Shown piece by piece: positions 46,614 to 56,220 of a stretch of DNA of 64,000 nt. The number at the start of each line of letters is the position of its first letter. Positions within the stretch are counted from its first letter, which is position 1. Below the pieces are notes generated by a model. The model had not been told where the DNA came from. It was given only the letters and a program-made list of their open reading frames with translations, and ran no database searches. The translations under genes and the position numbers were made by a program. This DNA is from Methanomassiliicoccaceae archaeon (GTDB taxonomy: Archaea > Thermoplasmatota > Thermoplasmata > Methanomassiliicoccales > Methanomassiliicoccaceae), in the NCBI GenBank assembly GCA_040776945.1, contig JAXGZN010000001.1:480001-544000 (forward strand). Direction: 5' to 3'.

Positions 46614-47312
46614 TTGAAGCTCAGCATAGTCATCCCCACGCTAAACGAGGCGAAGAGCATTGGCGAGGTCATCGACGAGCTGAGGTCTAACCTTGACGGC
46701 AGGGGTCTCGATTACGAGATCATGATCGTCGACGGCCGTTCGAGCGATGACACCAGGAGCATCGCCGGGGAGCGGGGGGCGGTGATCGTGGACGAGCCCC
46801 GAAAAGGCTATGGCAGAGCGTATAAGACCGGCTTCGAGCGGGCGCGGGGAGACATAATCGCCACCATGGACGGCGACTGGACGTACCCGGCCGAGGCCAT
46901 ATTGCCACTGATGGAGATGCTGGAGCGTGATGATCTGGAGTTCATCACCACCGACCGCTTCGGCCACATGGAGCCGGGAGCGATGAGCAACATGCACAAG
47001 ATCGGGAACCTGGCGCTCTCGTTCACCACCCGCCTGCTGTTCGGCCGCAAGATCCGGGACTCGCAGAGCGGTATGTGGGTGTTCCGCCGGGAAGCGCTCA
47101 GCAAGCTCAACCTCACCAACGACGGGATGCCCTTCTCCGAGGAGATCAAGATCGAGGCGTTCCGCAAGCTGCGCTCCAGGGAGGTCATGATAGCCTACCG
47201 CAAGCGGGTGGGCGAGGTCAAGCTGTCCTCGTGGCGTGACGGCTGGTACAACTTCAGCTTCCTTCTGATCAAGAGGTTCCGGGGACCTAAAGATAGGTCC
47301 TTGCATTCCTGA
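46614..47312 (+). CDS. GT2, dolichol-phosphate hexosyltransferase (DPM1/AglJ-like)
   Basis: IPTLNE, VDGRSSD, KGYG, DGDWTYP, DSQSG. Confidence 0.88.
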   Translation: MKLSIVIPTLNEAKSIGEVIDELRSNLDGRGLDYEIMIVDGRSSDDTRSIAGERGAVIVDEPRKGYGRAYKTGFERARGDIIATMDGDWTYPAEAILPLMEMLERDDLEFITTDRFGHMEPGAMSNMHKIGNLALSFTTRLLFGRKIRDSQSGMWVFRREALSKLNLTNDGMPFSEEIKIEAFRKLRSREVMIAYRKRVGEVKLSSWRDGWYNFSFLLIKRFRGPKDRSLHS

Positions 47313-47814
47313 TGCTCTCCCGGATGCTGTCCTTCACTTTTCGGTTATAAAAGCTGGCCGCCGGGTGATAGGCTGGTATGAGGATAGCATCCTTTCCCCT
47401 GATGGTTATCTTGCGGGGCCTGTTCACCTCGTCCCTCATGACCACCGGACGCTTCAGCAGGTCCCTGGCCGCCGAGCGGCCTAGGGTTATGATCACCTTG
47501 CGGCCCTCCAGCTCGGACTCCAGGCAGGGGAGGCAGGCGTCCATCTCCGCCTGGGTCGGCTCCCGGTTCCCTGGGGGCCGGCACTTAACGGTGTTGGTGA
47601 TGAAGACCTTGCTGCGGTCGAGGCCTTCCTCTTCCAGGAGCTGATTGAGGACCCGCCCTGACAAGCCGACGAACGGTCTGCCAGCCTCGTCCTCCTTGGC
47701 CCCCGGGGCCTCGCCTACGAATGCGATCGGCGACGATGGGTCGCCCTCAGGCATCACCACATTGGTACGACCCGTGCAAAGCGCGCAGCGCCGACAATCC
47801 TTGGACGCGGTCAT
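47287..47814 (-). CDS. Uracil-DNA glycosylase family 4
   Basis: CRRCALC, VGEAPG, PFVG, KCRPPGNR, YHPA. Confidence 0.94.
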   Translation of the reverse strand: MTASKDCRRCALCTGRTNVVMPEGDPSSPIAFVGEAPGAKEDEAGRPFVGLSGRVLNQLLEEEGLDRSKVFITNTVKCRPPGNREPTQAEMDACLPCLESELEGRKVIITLGRSAARDLLKRPVVMRDEVNRPRKITIRGKDAILIPAYHPAASFYNRKVKDSIRESIRNARTYL

Positions 47815-48341
47815 CTCCTCAGGACGTCCTCGGCGGTGACGAGAGCTGACAGCTTCACTCCGATGTCGCCCAGCTTTCGCCCGCCACCCTCCTGGCGGTC
47901 CACCACGCACAGCACGTCGTCCACCACCCCCCCGGCGGCACGGACGATGCCGATCGCCTCGACGACCGAGCCAGCAGAGGTCACCACGTCCTCGACCATG
48001 AGGACCTTCTCTCCCTGTCCGAGCGTTCCCTCGATCATCTTCTGGGTGCCGTGGTCCTTCTTCTCCCTGCGCACCATGATATACGGGATCTTGGTCCTCA
48101 GGGACAACGCCACCGCCAGAGGAATGGAGCCGAGCACGACGCCGGCGATCTTGTCGACCTCGAGGCCACGCATCTGGACCTCCCTGGCCATCTCATCGGC
48201 GATGGTCTCCAGGACATACGGGTCGGTGCTCGCCTTCTTAATGTCGATATAGTATTCGCTCTTCTTCCCCGATGCCAGGGTGAAATCGCCATACATGAGC
48301 GCGCTGCAGCGCACCAGTGCCTCCTTGGTCCTCTTGTTCAT
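47811..48341 (-). CDS. pyrE: Orotate phosphoribosyltransferase
   Basis: FTLASGKKSEYYID, RREKKDHG, VEDVVTSAGS, VDRQEGG. Confidence 0.96.
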   Translation of the reverse strand: MNKRTKEALVRCSALMYGDFTLASGKKSEYYIDIKKASTDPYVLETIADEMAREVQMRGLEVDKIAGVVLGSIPLAVALSLRTKIPYIMVRREKKDHGTQKMIEGTLGQGEKVLMVEDVVTSAGSVVEAIGIVRAAGGVVDDVLCVVDRQEGGGRKLGDIGVKLSALVTAEDVLRR

Positions 48342-48342
48342 G

Positions 48343-48906
48343 TCACCAGGGCTCCTTCTTCTTGCCCATCTTGTATCCGATGATGTTGACGGTGCGGTGC
48401 AGCACCGGTACGAACACCAGGAGGGTCACCAGGGCAACGATGCCATCCCCGCTCACATATCGTGAGGCGATCCACGCCGGGAACAGCAACGCGGTGATGC
48501 CCAGTCCCCCGGCGACGAAGTCGTACTGATCGAGAACTGGGGCCTTGTGCCCGCGCTCCATTCCCAGCCGGCGCTTGATGAGCGCCCCGGTCATGTCTCC
48601 CAGCAGCGAGCCGAGGGCCAGGGCGAACACTACGCCCAGAGCGTCCATCCCGCCTCCCCAGGTCCATTGCTCGGGGAACTCAAATATCATTGAGATCATT
48701 ATCAGCAGTATGCCCAGGGACGTCCCGGCGGCGACCCCGCCGAACAGGCCGGTCCAGGTCTTGCCGTCCCCCAGGATGCGCTTTCCCCTCCAGGTGCGGC
48801 CCAGATCGACCGGCGCGCCGCCGCCGAACAGCACTGCCGCCGAGTTCGGCAACAGCGCTGGCAGGAAGAGGAATATGCCGCTGAGGGCCGCCGAGATAAT
48901 GTCCAT
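48343..48906 (-). CDS. carS: CDP-archaeol synthase
   Basis: NSAAVLFGGG, LGDGKTW, GDMTGALIKRR, LDQYDF. Confidence 0.94.
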   Translation of the reverse strand: MDIISAALSGIFLFLPALLPNSAAVLFGGGAPVDLGRTWRGKRILGDGKTWTGLFGGVAAGTSLGILLIMISMIFEFPEQWTWGGGMDALGVVFALALGSLLGDMTGALIKRRLGMERGHKAPVLDQYDFVAGGLGITALLFPAWIASRYVSGDGIVALVTLLVFVPVLHRTVNIIGYKMGKKKEPW

Positions 48907-49056
48907 CGTTGCCGGGAAGGCGCATCCGATAGATTACCTTTATCGGCCGAGGAGCTGAGGGGGGGCGCGCGGGACGTGAACCGGCGCAGCGGTGCCTGGT
49001 CCGGAGCCCCCGGATTCGGCGGAAACGCTAATGCCGTCCAAGCCGATGATGGTTTC

Positions 49057-49395
49057 ATGAAGATCGTCAATCTGTGCGACGCCGAGTGCAAGGCCAACCC
49101 TCACGGGGTGGAGGCCAAGAACATGTATGACCATGAGCACGCTCTTATCACTCATCTGATGCTCCTGCCCGGTCAAGCATTGAAGAGACACATCACGCCG
49201 GTGGACGTGGCGTTCTACGTCCTCGAAGGGCGCGGTGAGGTGGAGATAGGCGAGGAGAAGGAGATCGTCGGCCAGGACGCCATGATAGAGAGCCCCAAGG
49301 GCATCCCGCACCTGTGGCGCAACGTCGGGACCTCTCCGCTTCGCGTCCTGGTGATGAAGCTCCCCCGGCCCGCCGGGAAGACCAAGGTGCTATAG
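49057..49395 (+). CDS. Cupin domain protein
   Basis: HITPVD, FYVLEGRG, PKGIPH...N. Confidence 0.88.
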   Translation: MKIVNLCDAECKANPHGVEAKNMYDHEHALITHLMLLPGQALKRHITPVDVAFYVLEGRGEVEIGEEKEIVGQDAMIESPKGIPHLWRNVGTSPLRVLVMKLPRPAGKTKVL

Positions 49396-50169
49396 GCTGG
49401 AGACCGCCCCGTCCCAGATCATGTAGAAGTTGCCCTTCATCTGGGCGGCGACCTCCGATCGCGGCATCCAGATAGCGACCGAACTGGCCACATCGGGGAC
49501 CTCCCCGACCACCGGGGAGAACATGATCATGATGTCCCTCCCGTCGGTAACGATGAACTTGATCATGGGCGTGCGCATGGTCCGCACCTCCTCGGTGAGC
49601 GGCCTCAGCTCCTTGACCAGATCTATCTCGCCTTCTGCAGTGACGATGGTCGGCCGGGTCATTACCCTCACCCTGACCCCTCTCCTCCTAAGTTCGGGAG
49701 CGACTTGCACCATGGCCTCCAGTTCCTCCCGCAGGTAGAGCGCCCCTAGCAGCAGTACTTCCTCGCGCGCCCGCTCTAGCATGTCCCTCGCACGGGCAGC
49801 GATGTTCTGCGACCCCCGGACCATCCATGCATTGGGCGGTTCCCTCTCCACCACGCCATCGTACCGGGTGCGCATCTCCATCATCGTCGAGTCCAGCTCG
49901 TCGTTCATCCTCTCCCGGCGAAGGCCCATGGCCTCCCGGGGGTCCCGAGCAGTGTAGATCAGGGGGCGGGTCCCCGAGGCCGCGACCCATTCCTCCCTCA
50001 CCAGACGGCGGAGGACCTCGTAGACCTTGGAGCGCGGCACCCCTGACCTTTCGGCCACGGCGGCGGCGCCTTGCGGGCCGTGGGTGACCAGTGCGAGATA
50101 GGCGCGTGCTCCATAATCGGTCAGTCCCAGCCTCTTCAGGTTGGCGATAAGCCTATCGTCATGCTTCAT
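49390..50169 (-). CDS. TrmB family transcription regulator
   Basis: LGLTDYGARAYLAL, SGVPRSKVYEVL. Confidence 0.92.
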   Translation of the reverse strand: MKHDDRLIANLKRLGLTDYGARAYLALVTHGPQGAAAVAERSGVPRSKVYEVLRRLVREEWVAASGTRPLIYTARDPREAMGLRRERMNDELDSTMMEMRTRYDGVVEREPPNAWMVRGSQNIAARARDMLERAREEVLLLGALYLREELEAMVQVAPELRRRGVRVRVMTRPTIVTAEGEIDLVKELRPLTEEVRTMRTPMIKFIVTDGRDIMIMFSPVVGEVPDVASSVAIWMPRSEVAAQMKGNFYMIWDGAVSSL

Positions 50170-50232
50170 CTTCCCACAACACCCTCAGAGAGTGACAGCA
50201 AAAATAAGTATCCCTATGATGGAGGGGGGCTC

Positions 50233-50988
50233 ATGACAATACCTCCCATGCTGATCGGCCTGGTCTTCTCGCTGGCGATGATCGCGGTCCTTGGAATCCT
50301 GCTGTCACGACGAAAGGTCACGCGGCGAGTGGCCGTCCTCATGCAGATCGCGGTCCTGCTGGTGGCGGGCCTGATGCTGGGCGGCGTCCCGAACCCGATC
50401 GCGCAGCTGGACAGCGGCGTGAGATCGCTGTCGCACGGCCAGCTCCCATTGCTGCCCCTGGTAGGACTGGGCCTTCTGCTTGCGACCGCCTTGATCATGG
50501 GCAGGGCCTTCTGCGGCTACGCTTGCCCCCTGGGAGCTGCCCAGGAGCTCATGTCCTTGCCGATGAAGCGCAAGGTCAAGATCGGAAGGAAGCTTGCGGG
50601 CCGGGTCCGATGGGGCTTCTTCGCCCTCTTCATAGCCCTGGCCGCACTGACCGCCCTCTATCCCAAGTACGACCCGTTCACGTTCTTCGGCCTGGGATGG
50701 GCTCTCCCGCCGACCATTGCCTTCGCCGCGATCATGACGGCTTCGCTGTTCGTGTACCGGCCGTGGTGCGAGCTCCTGTGCCCCTTCGGAGCGCTGGCTT
50801 CGCTGGCGTCGCGACGGAGCGTGCTCCGGCTCCGCCGGAACGATGACTGCGTGGACTGCGGCCGCTGCGTGCGCGCCTGCCCTACGGAGGAACCGAAGGC
50901 TGGAGCGACCATGGAGCGGTGCTATTACTGTGGCCGATGCTTGGAGGTATGTCCCAAGGACGCTCTCGTGTTCGGACGGGGCCCCTGA
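50233..50988 (+). CDS. Membrane-bound 4Fe-4S protein (NapH/YccM-like)
   Basis: TM helices; GRAFCGYACPLG, WCELLCPFG, CVDCGRCVRACP, CYYCGRCLEVCP. Confidence 0.9.
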   Translation: MTIPPMLIGLVFSLAMIAVLGILLSRRKVTRRVAVLMQIAVLLVAGLMLGGVPNPIAQLDSGVRSLSHGQLPLLPLVGLGLLLATALIMGRAFCGYACPLGAAQELMSLPMKRKVKIGRKLAGRVRWGFFALFIALAALTALYPKYDPFTFFGLGWALPPTIAFAAIMTASLFVYRPWCELLCPFGALASLASRRSVLRLRRNDDCVDCGRCVRACPTEEPKAGATMERCYYCGRCLEVCPKDALVFGRGP

Positions 50989-51014
50989 GAACAGGCCTTC
51001 CAGGTCGTCGGAGC

Positions 51015-51632
51015 TCACTCGGCGGCGCCCTCAGCCTTCTTCCCTGCCTCTTTGTTGACCTTGAAGAGAGGGACCATGTCCCTCCCCAAAGCCTCGTTCA
51101 GCACATGTGCCATCGCCGAGTATATGGCCATGGCTCCTGCGAGTACGCCCAGGGCGCCGGCGGCGACCTTCACATTATCAGAGGCCAAAGCCTCGGAGGC
51201 TGAGAGCAGGAGAAGGGTCGCCGTCAGTGACACAAAGATCGCCTGGGTGACTCGGTTGGTGCCTATCGTTCCGACCGAGAGATAGGCGGAGTAGAGGCCC
51301 CACAGCAAGAAGAGCACGGCCATGGCCTCGGCGCTCTCTTGGCTGGCGAGGCCGATCGTCGGAGCCAGGATGACGGTCACGATGATAATCCAGAACAGCC
51401 CGAAGGACGCGAACACGGTCATGCCGAAGGTGTTGCCCCTCTTCCATTCCATCAACCCGGCGATGAACTGCGCGAGCCCGCCGAAGAAGATGCCCATGGA
51501 TAGGATGGCGGCTCCCAAAGGTATGAGGCCGGCGTTATGCAGGCTCAGCATGACAGTGGTCATCCCGAACCCCATCAGTCCCAGTGGGGCGGGATCGGCG
51601 GTGATGTCCTTCATAATGTTCGCGGAGGTCAT
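51015..51632 (-). CDS. satP: Acetate uptake transporter (SatP/YaaH/GPR1-FUN34 family)
   Basis: ADPAPLGLMGFG, FFGGLAQ, GNTFG. Confidence 0.9.
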   Translation of the reverse strand: MTSANIMKDITADPAPLGLMGFGMTTVMLSLHNAGLIPLGAAILSMGIFFGGLAQFIAGLMEWKRGNTFGMTVFASFGLFWIIIVTVILAPTIGLASQESAEAMAVLFLLWGLYSAYLSVGTIGTNRVTQAIFVSLTATLLLLSASEALASDNVKVAAGALGVLAGAMAIYSAMAHVLNEALGRDMVPLFKVNKEAGKKAEGAAE

Positions 51633-51715
51633 GGTCTCAGCGGTCCACCAATTAAGGGGTATTTAATTTGAGGAGGTCCGTTGGAGCGGGCGGGGCAGTG
51701 CCTCCGCATAGACCT

Positions 51716-53614
51716 TCAGCGGCCCCGGCGTGCGAAGAAGTTCAGCACATCGTTAACCACGATCTCAGTGCTGACCACGTCCAAGCGGTCGGAGAACTGG
51801 CCCGCCCTGCGGTCAAGGACCACGGCCACTCCGACATCGGTCTCTGTCCTGATGAGACGGCCGATGGCCTGCAGCAACTTCCTGGTGACCGGGGCCTTGA
51901 CGGTGTACTCCCAACCCCGGCCGAACTTGACCTCATAATAATGAAGAAGCGCGCGCTGCTTCGCGGTCGGCTTAGGATATGGAATACCGGCGACTATGGC
52001 CGCCTCGAGCTCCCGGTCCGGGAAGTCGATGCCCTCGGAGACCCTTCCACCCATGACCGCGAAGAGCACCGCTCCTTTCTCGGAGGAGCCTTTGAACCTG
52101 ACCACCTCGTCCATCAGCTCGCTCTGGGCCATCCCTCTCCTCTCGAGGTGCACCTTGCGCCGGATTCGGTTCAGGATGCCGTCGCCCACGAACCTGTCCA
52201 TAAGCGCATAGGACGGGAAGAATACCACCGTGTTGCGGTCAAGGACGTTGCACAGCGAGACGGTATAGTCCTCCATGCGAGCGATTATCTCCTCGTCCTT
52301 GATGAGATCCTCATATCTCGTGGTCACGTCCTCGAGGAACAGCACCAGACGGTTATCGGGCGGGAACGGTGATGGAAAGGTCATCATGGCCGAGGTCCTC
52401 GGAAGCCCGACGGAATCACGGTATTCGTTCAGAGGCTGCAGTGTTCCGGACATATGGACCGAGGCGCTGCAGTCCAACAGCGTCTTGCAGGCTAGAGAGG
52501 GGTCCATGCAGTAGGCCTCGAACGACGGGTTCTCCCCACCGGTCACCAGTTTGACGTAGCACTCCTCGTCAAGCTCCAGGAAGAACTGCAGGAAACCGCC
52601 CAGGGAATGGACGTACGAGCGTGGCAATCGACCGCGTTTCTTCTTCTCCTCTCTTATAGTGTCACCGTATACCATCATCGACCTGGCCATGTTCGACAGC
52701 CCTGCCGAGGTGGTCTTGAACGCGCTCATGAGGCCTTCCTCGAGGAAGGGCGGCGGTATCAGTCCGTCGTCCTCGATCAAAAACTCGTCAAGCGCCTCAT
52801 TCAGGCGTTTCTCGCACTGCCCGACCACGTCCATGACGCTGATACCCTCAGCCACCTCAGGGTCCCCGAAATCGTCCACCTCCTTGCGGACCAGGCCAAG
52901 GAGGTGGGAGGACAGAGCGACCGAGCGTATCTCCCGTGCGTAATCGGGGAGGTTGTGGGCCTCGTCCACTATCACCACCGCCTCGGCCATGGGGATGTTC
53001 ATCCAATCGAGCAGGTTGTGACGGATGAAGGGCATGAAGAAATAGGCATAAGGGGCGGTGACCACCTGGGCGTGAGGCAGCAGGTCCTTCGCCAGCTCAT
53101 GAGGGCATAGGCCCCGCTCGTCACAGTAGGCGGTAAGCTCCTCCACCGTCGGGAGGTTCTCTTTGCAGTGATGCAATATGTCGTCAAAATTGGTCGCCAG
53201 GACCTGAGCGTAGAAGCGGCAGCCGCCCTCCTTGCCCTCTCTCGCCCGCGCCTTCCGCTCGGCGCATAGTTTGGACAGTTCCTCCGGCGAGCCAGAACGG
53301 AGCTCTGGATCGCGCTGAATGAGAGGACAGGTGCTCTGGCGGCCCTGAAGGCCAACGCCGAACACTGGTCGCAGATCATTGATCTTCCGGAGCTCCAGCA
53401 TCACCTGTCGCTGTTGGGAGTTGGTCCTAGTGAGATAGACCACCTTCTTTCCCTTTTCCAGTGCAGCCTGCAGGGCCCCGCTGAGCGCGCAGATGGTCTT
53501 GCCGGTGCCGGTGCCGGACTCCACGACCAGGTGAGCTCCCGACCTCACATTTGCGGAGATCGCCTTGACCAGCTCTGCCTGATGTGCCCTTGGGGTGTAT
53601 GGGAAAAGGTCCAT
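51716..53614 (-). CDS. xpd: XPD/Rad3-family Fe-S DNA helicase
   Basis: Q-motif, GTGTGKT, four Fe-S Cys, DEAHN, SGT, SEGIDF, QAIGRLIR. Confidence 0.9.
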   Translation of the reverse strand: MDLFPYTPRAHQAELVKAISANVRSGAHLVVESGTGTGKTICALSGALQAALEKGKKVVYLTRTNSQQRQVMLELRKINDLRPVFGVGLQGRQSTCPLIQRDPELRSGSPEELSKLCAERKARAREGKEGGCRFYAQVLATNFDDILHHCKENLPTVEELTAYCDERGLCPHELAKDLLPHAQVVTAPYAYFFMPFIRHNLLDWMNIPMAEAVVIVDEAHNLPDYAREIRSVALSSHLLGLVRKEVDDFGDPEVAEGISVMDVVGQCEKRLNEALDEFLIEDDGLIPPPFLEEGLMSAFKTTSAGLSNMARSMMVYGDTIREEKKKRGRLPRSYVHSLGGFLQFFLELDEECYVKLVTGGENPSFEAYCMDPSLACKTLLDCSASVHMSGTLQPLNEYRDSVGLPRTSAMMTFPSPFPPDNRLVLFLEDVTTRYEDLIKDEEIIARMEDYTVSLCNVLDRNTVVFFPSYALMDRFVGDGILNRIRRKVHLERRGMAQSELMDEVVRFKGSSEKGAVLFAVMGGRVSEGIDFPDRELEAAIVAGIPYPKPTAKQRALLHYYEVKFGRGWEYTVKAPVTRKLLQAIGRLIRTETDVGVAVVLDRRAGQFSDRLDVVSTEIVVNDVLNFFARRGR

Positions 53615-53680
53615 CCACCGAACTCAGTTCCTGGTGCTAGATGTGCTTTTCGGTGGGTGGACCGTAATGGAAATTGATGC

Positions 53681-54088
53681 CTATGCTCTTCTTTGCCACG
53701 CCTCTTCAGTAAGCTCATCGTATACTGAGAGCGACCCGGAGACGTCCCCTTCCATGATGGATTTCTCGTCTATCAGCTGATGTATGCGCTCCTTCCGGAA
53801 AAGCCAGTAATGGATCCTCCACTCTCGTCCATCGTAGAGCGTGGTCTCCTCTCTCTCGGTGGTGAGGATTCCAGTGTCCTCGAGCATATAGAACGCGTCC
53901 CTATCCTCCGGCTCGAGGATGTTGTCGATTATCCGTTCGCTGTACCCAAAAAAGTTCAGGATATGCTGCGCCATCTCCTTGGCCTGCTCGTCAGGCATGC
54001 CCTCTTTATCTATCCCGTTCCTTATGGCCACCGTCAACTCGTCCAAAGTCAAGGTGCTGTCAATTGCGCTCTTTTCGGTTCTCATCAT
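53681..54088 (-). CDS. Conserved Thermoplasmata-type protein (DUF6015-like)
   Basis: FFGY...IDNILEPEDRDAFYMLE..GIL...REE......GREWRIHYW pattern, recognised from memory. Confidence 0.75.
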   Translation of the reverse strand: MMRTEKSAIDSTLTLDELTVAIRNGIDKEGMPDEQAKEMAQHILNFFGYSERIIDNILEPEDRDAFYMLEDTGILTTEREETTLYDGREWRIHYWLFRKERIHQLIDEKSIMEGDVSGSLSVYDELTEEAWQRRA

Positions 54089-54306
54089 GATCCCAACCTA
54101 ACCCCCTCTGACCTTCGCCCTGATAAGGCTACGCCTATAGAGGCTGCATTTTTTTTGGAACATTTGATATAAGCACTTTGAGAGATAATTATCATTTTGT
54201 AGAATGTTAAACAAGGCATATCTCTCATAGGGCTCGACCTTCTTATTGCTTTTCTAGCGAGCCCTATATAAGCCCGATGGTGCTCAATATCAAAAAGGGA
54301 AATGAA

Positions 54307-54600
54307 ATGATAGCGGAGTTCAGCGTGGTGCCTATCGGGGCCGGAGAATCGGTGAGCATGTACGTGGCAGAATGCCTGAAGATCGTCCGGGAAAGCGGGC
54401 TGAAGCACGAACTGACAGCGCTGGCCACGATCCTGGAGGGCGACTACGACGAGATCATGGGCGTGATAGGTAGATGTCATAAGAAGGTGCGCTCCATGAC
54501 TGGTCGGGTGGTGACCACAGTACGCATCGATGATCGGGCCGGGGCATCGAACGAGATCGAGAGCAAGGTGAGGAGCGTAGAAGAAAAGATGAAGGGTTGA
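54307..54600 (+). CDS. MTH1187/YkoF family thiamine-binding protein
   Basis: AEFSVVPIG, SVS.YVA, T.LEGD, RIDDR, KVRSVEEK. Confidence 0.9.
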   Translation: MIAEFSVVPIGAGESVSMYVAECLKIVRESGLKHELTALATILEGDYDEIMGVIGRCHKKVRSMTGRVVTTVRIDDRAGASNEIESKVRSVEEKMKG

Positions 54601-54606
54601 AAGGGT

Positions 54607-56220
54607 TTAGATCTGGAGATAGTCCCGATTGCCTATCTTGCTGAGCTCGACGGAGCGCACTTCCTTGAACCCCTTGGTCTCGGCCATTTCTTTGACCACG
54701 GCCTCGCTGACGGGGTTGTCGACCGAGACCAGCATGAGGGCCCGGCCGCCCTTCTGGTCACGGCCGAGCCCCATGCGGGCGATGTTGATGCCCCTGCTGC
54801 CCAGCATAGTGCCGATGCGTCCAATGATGCCTGGAACGTCGGCGTGAACGGACATCATGAAGTCTCCTTCCAGCGGCATGTCTAGATCGTACTCGTCGAT
54901 GCCAAGCAGGCGAGGCTCGGAGCCGGGGAACGCCGTTCCCCGGACCTCTCGCTTTACCCCGTCGGATTGAAGCGACACGGAGATCATGTTGATGTAGCGC
55001 TCCGACTCCTCGACCTTCGACTCAACGACCTGTATGCCTTTCTCTTTGGCGATTATCTCAGCGTTGATTATGTTAGGCTGCTCGCCCGAGAGGTTGGACA
55101 GCACGCCCATCAGAGCGGACACGGTGATCATCTTTGTGTCCACTGTGGCAAGGTCGCCATGCACCGTAACCGTCACCTTGGCCACCGGCGCATCGGTGAG
55201 CTGGACCGCGAAGGCGCCCAGGCGCTCGGCTACGGAGATGAACGGGATGACCTTGGGGTCCATGCCCCTCACCGGGGCGTTGACCGCGTTGGATATTCGC
55301 TTGTCCAGAAGGAACATCTTTACATGCTCGGCCATCTCCACAGACACCTTCTCCTGCGCTTCCTTGGTAGATGCGCCGAGATGAGGCGTCACCACTATGT
55401 TGTCCAGGGTGAGAAGCTTGGAGCCGGTAGGAGGCTCCTTGGTGAAGACGTCCAACGCAGCGCCGGCGATCCTCTTCTCCTTTAAGGCGTCGTAGAGCGC
55501 GTCCTCATCTATCAGCTCACCTCTTGCCACGTTCAGAATGATCGTGTTCGGCCTCATCTTCGAAATTAGCTCCCGGGAGATCAGATGGTGCGTGCTGGGG
55601 GTCAAGGCGGCATGTATGGTGATGACGTCGGCCTCCTCTATCACCTGTTCCAAGGGCATGAGGCGGACCCCAAGCTTCACCGCCACCTCCGTAGGGATGT
55701 AGGGGTCATAGCCAACAAGTTTCATCTGGAAGGCCTTGGCGCGCTTAGCCACCTCACCTCCCACCCGGCCGATCCCGACGATCCCCAGCGTTTTCCCGTT
55801 AAGTTCGAAGCCGGTGAACTTGGAGCGCTTCCATTCCCCCTTCTTGAGCGAGGCATCTGCCCATACGATATTGCGGGCCAGGGTCATCATCATGGCCATG
55901 GTGTGCTCGGCCGCGGAAATGATGTTCGCTGCCGGAGTGTTCATCACGAGAATGCCTCTCCGGGTGGCGGCCTTCACATCCACGTTGTCCACGCCTACGC
56001 CTGCACGGCCGACCACCTTCAGGCTCTTGCCGGCCTCTATCACATCAGCGGTGACCTTGGTCCCGGATCGGATGATGAGAGCGTCGTAATCGCCTATTAT
56101 GTTGATCAGTTCCTCATGGGGGAGATTGGGTCTGACGTCCACTTGGACCTGCCCGCCCCTCCTCAGCATCTCCAGCCCCTCGGCCGATAGCTCGTCCGTA
56201 ACCAGCAGTTTGATCATCAC
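54607..56220 (-). CDS. serA: D-3-phosphoglycerate dehydrogenase (with ASB and ACT domains)
   Basis: RAGVGVDNVD, GIGRVG, NVARG, TPHLGAST.EAQ, ACT motif DVPGIIG. Confidence 0.95.
   Translation of the reverse strand: MMIKLLVTDELSAEGLEMLRRGGQVQVDVRPNLPHEELINIIGDYDALIIRSGTKVTADVIEAGKSLKVVGRAGVGVDNVDVKAATRRGILVMNTPAANIISAAEHTMAMMMTLARNIVWADASLKKGEWKRSKFTGFELNGKTLGIVGIGRVGGEVAKRAKAFQMKLVGYDPYIPTEVAVKLGVRLMPLEQVIEEADVITIHAALTPSTHHLISRELISKMRPNTIILNVARGELIDEDALYDALKEKRIAGAALDVFTKEPPTGSKLLTLDNIVVTPHLGASTKEAQEKVSVEMAEHVKMFLLDKRISNAVNAPVRGMDPKVIPFISVAERLGAFAVQLTDAPVAKVTVTVHGDLATVDTKMITVSALMGVLSNLSGEQPNIINAEIIAKEKGIQVVESKVEESERYINMISVSLQSDGVKREVRGTAFPGSEPRLLGIDEYDLDMPLEGDFMMSVHADVPGIIGRIGTMLGSRGINIARMGLGRDQKGGRALMLVSVDNPVSEAVVKEMAETKGFKEVRSVELSKIGNRDYLQI

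Noticed and set aside
48940-49050. GC-rich intergenic segments (also 63005-63075 and 60880-60960) as structured ncRNAs
   Set aside because: Stems can be drawn, but there are no SRP, RNase P or other recognisable motifs, and such pairing is expected at this GC content.
53614-53683. Amber read-through fusion of the DUF6015-like gene to xpd (same frame, TAG stop)
   Set aside because: An in-frame TGA lies in the 66-nt spacer.
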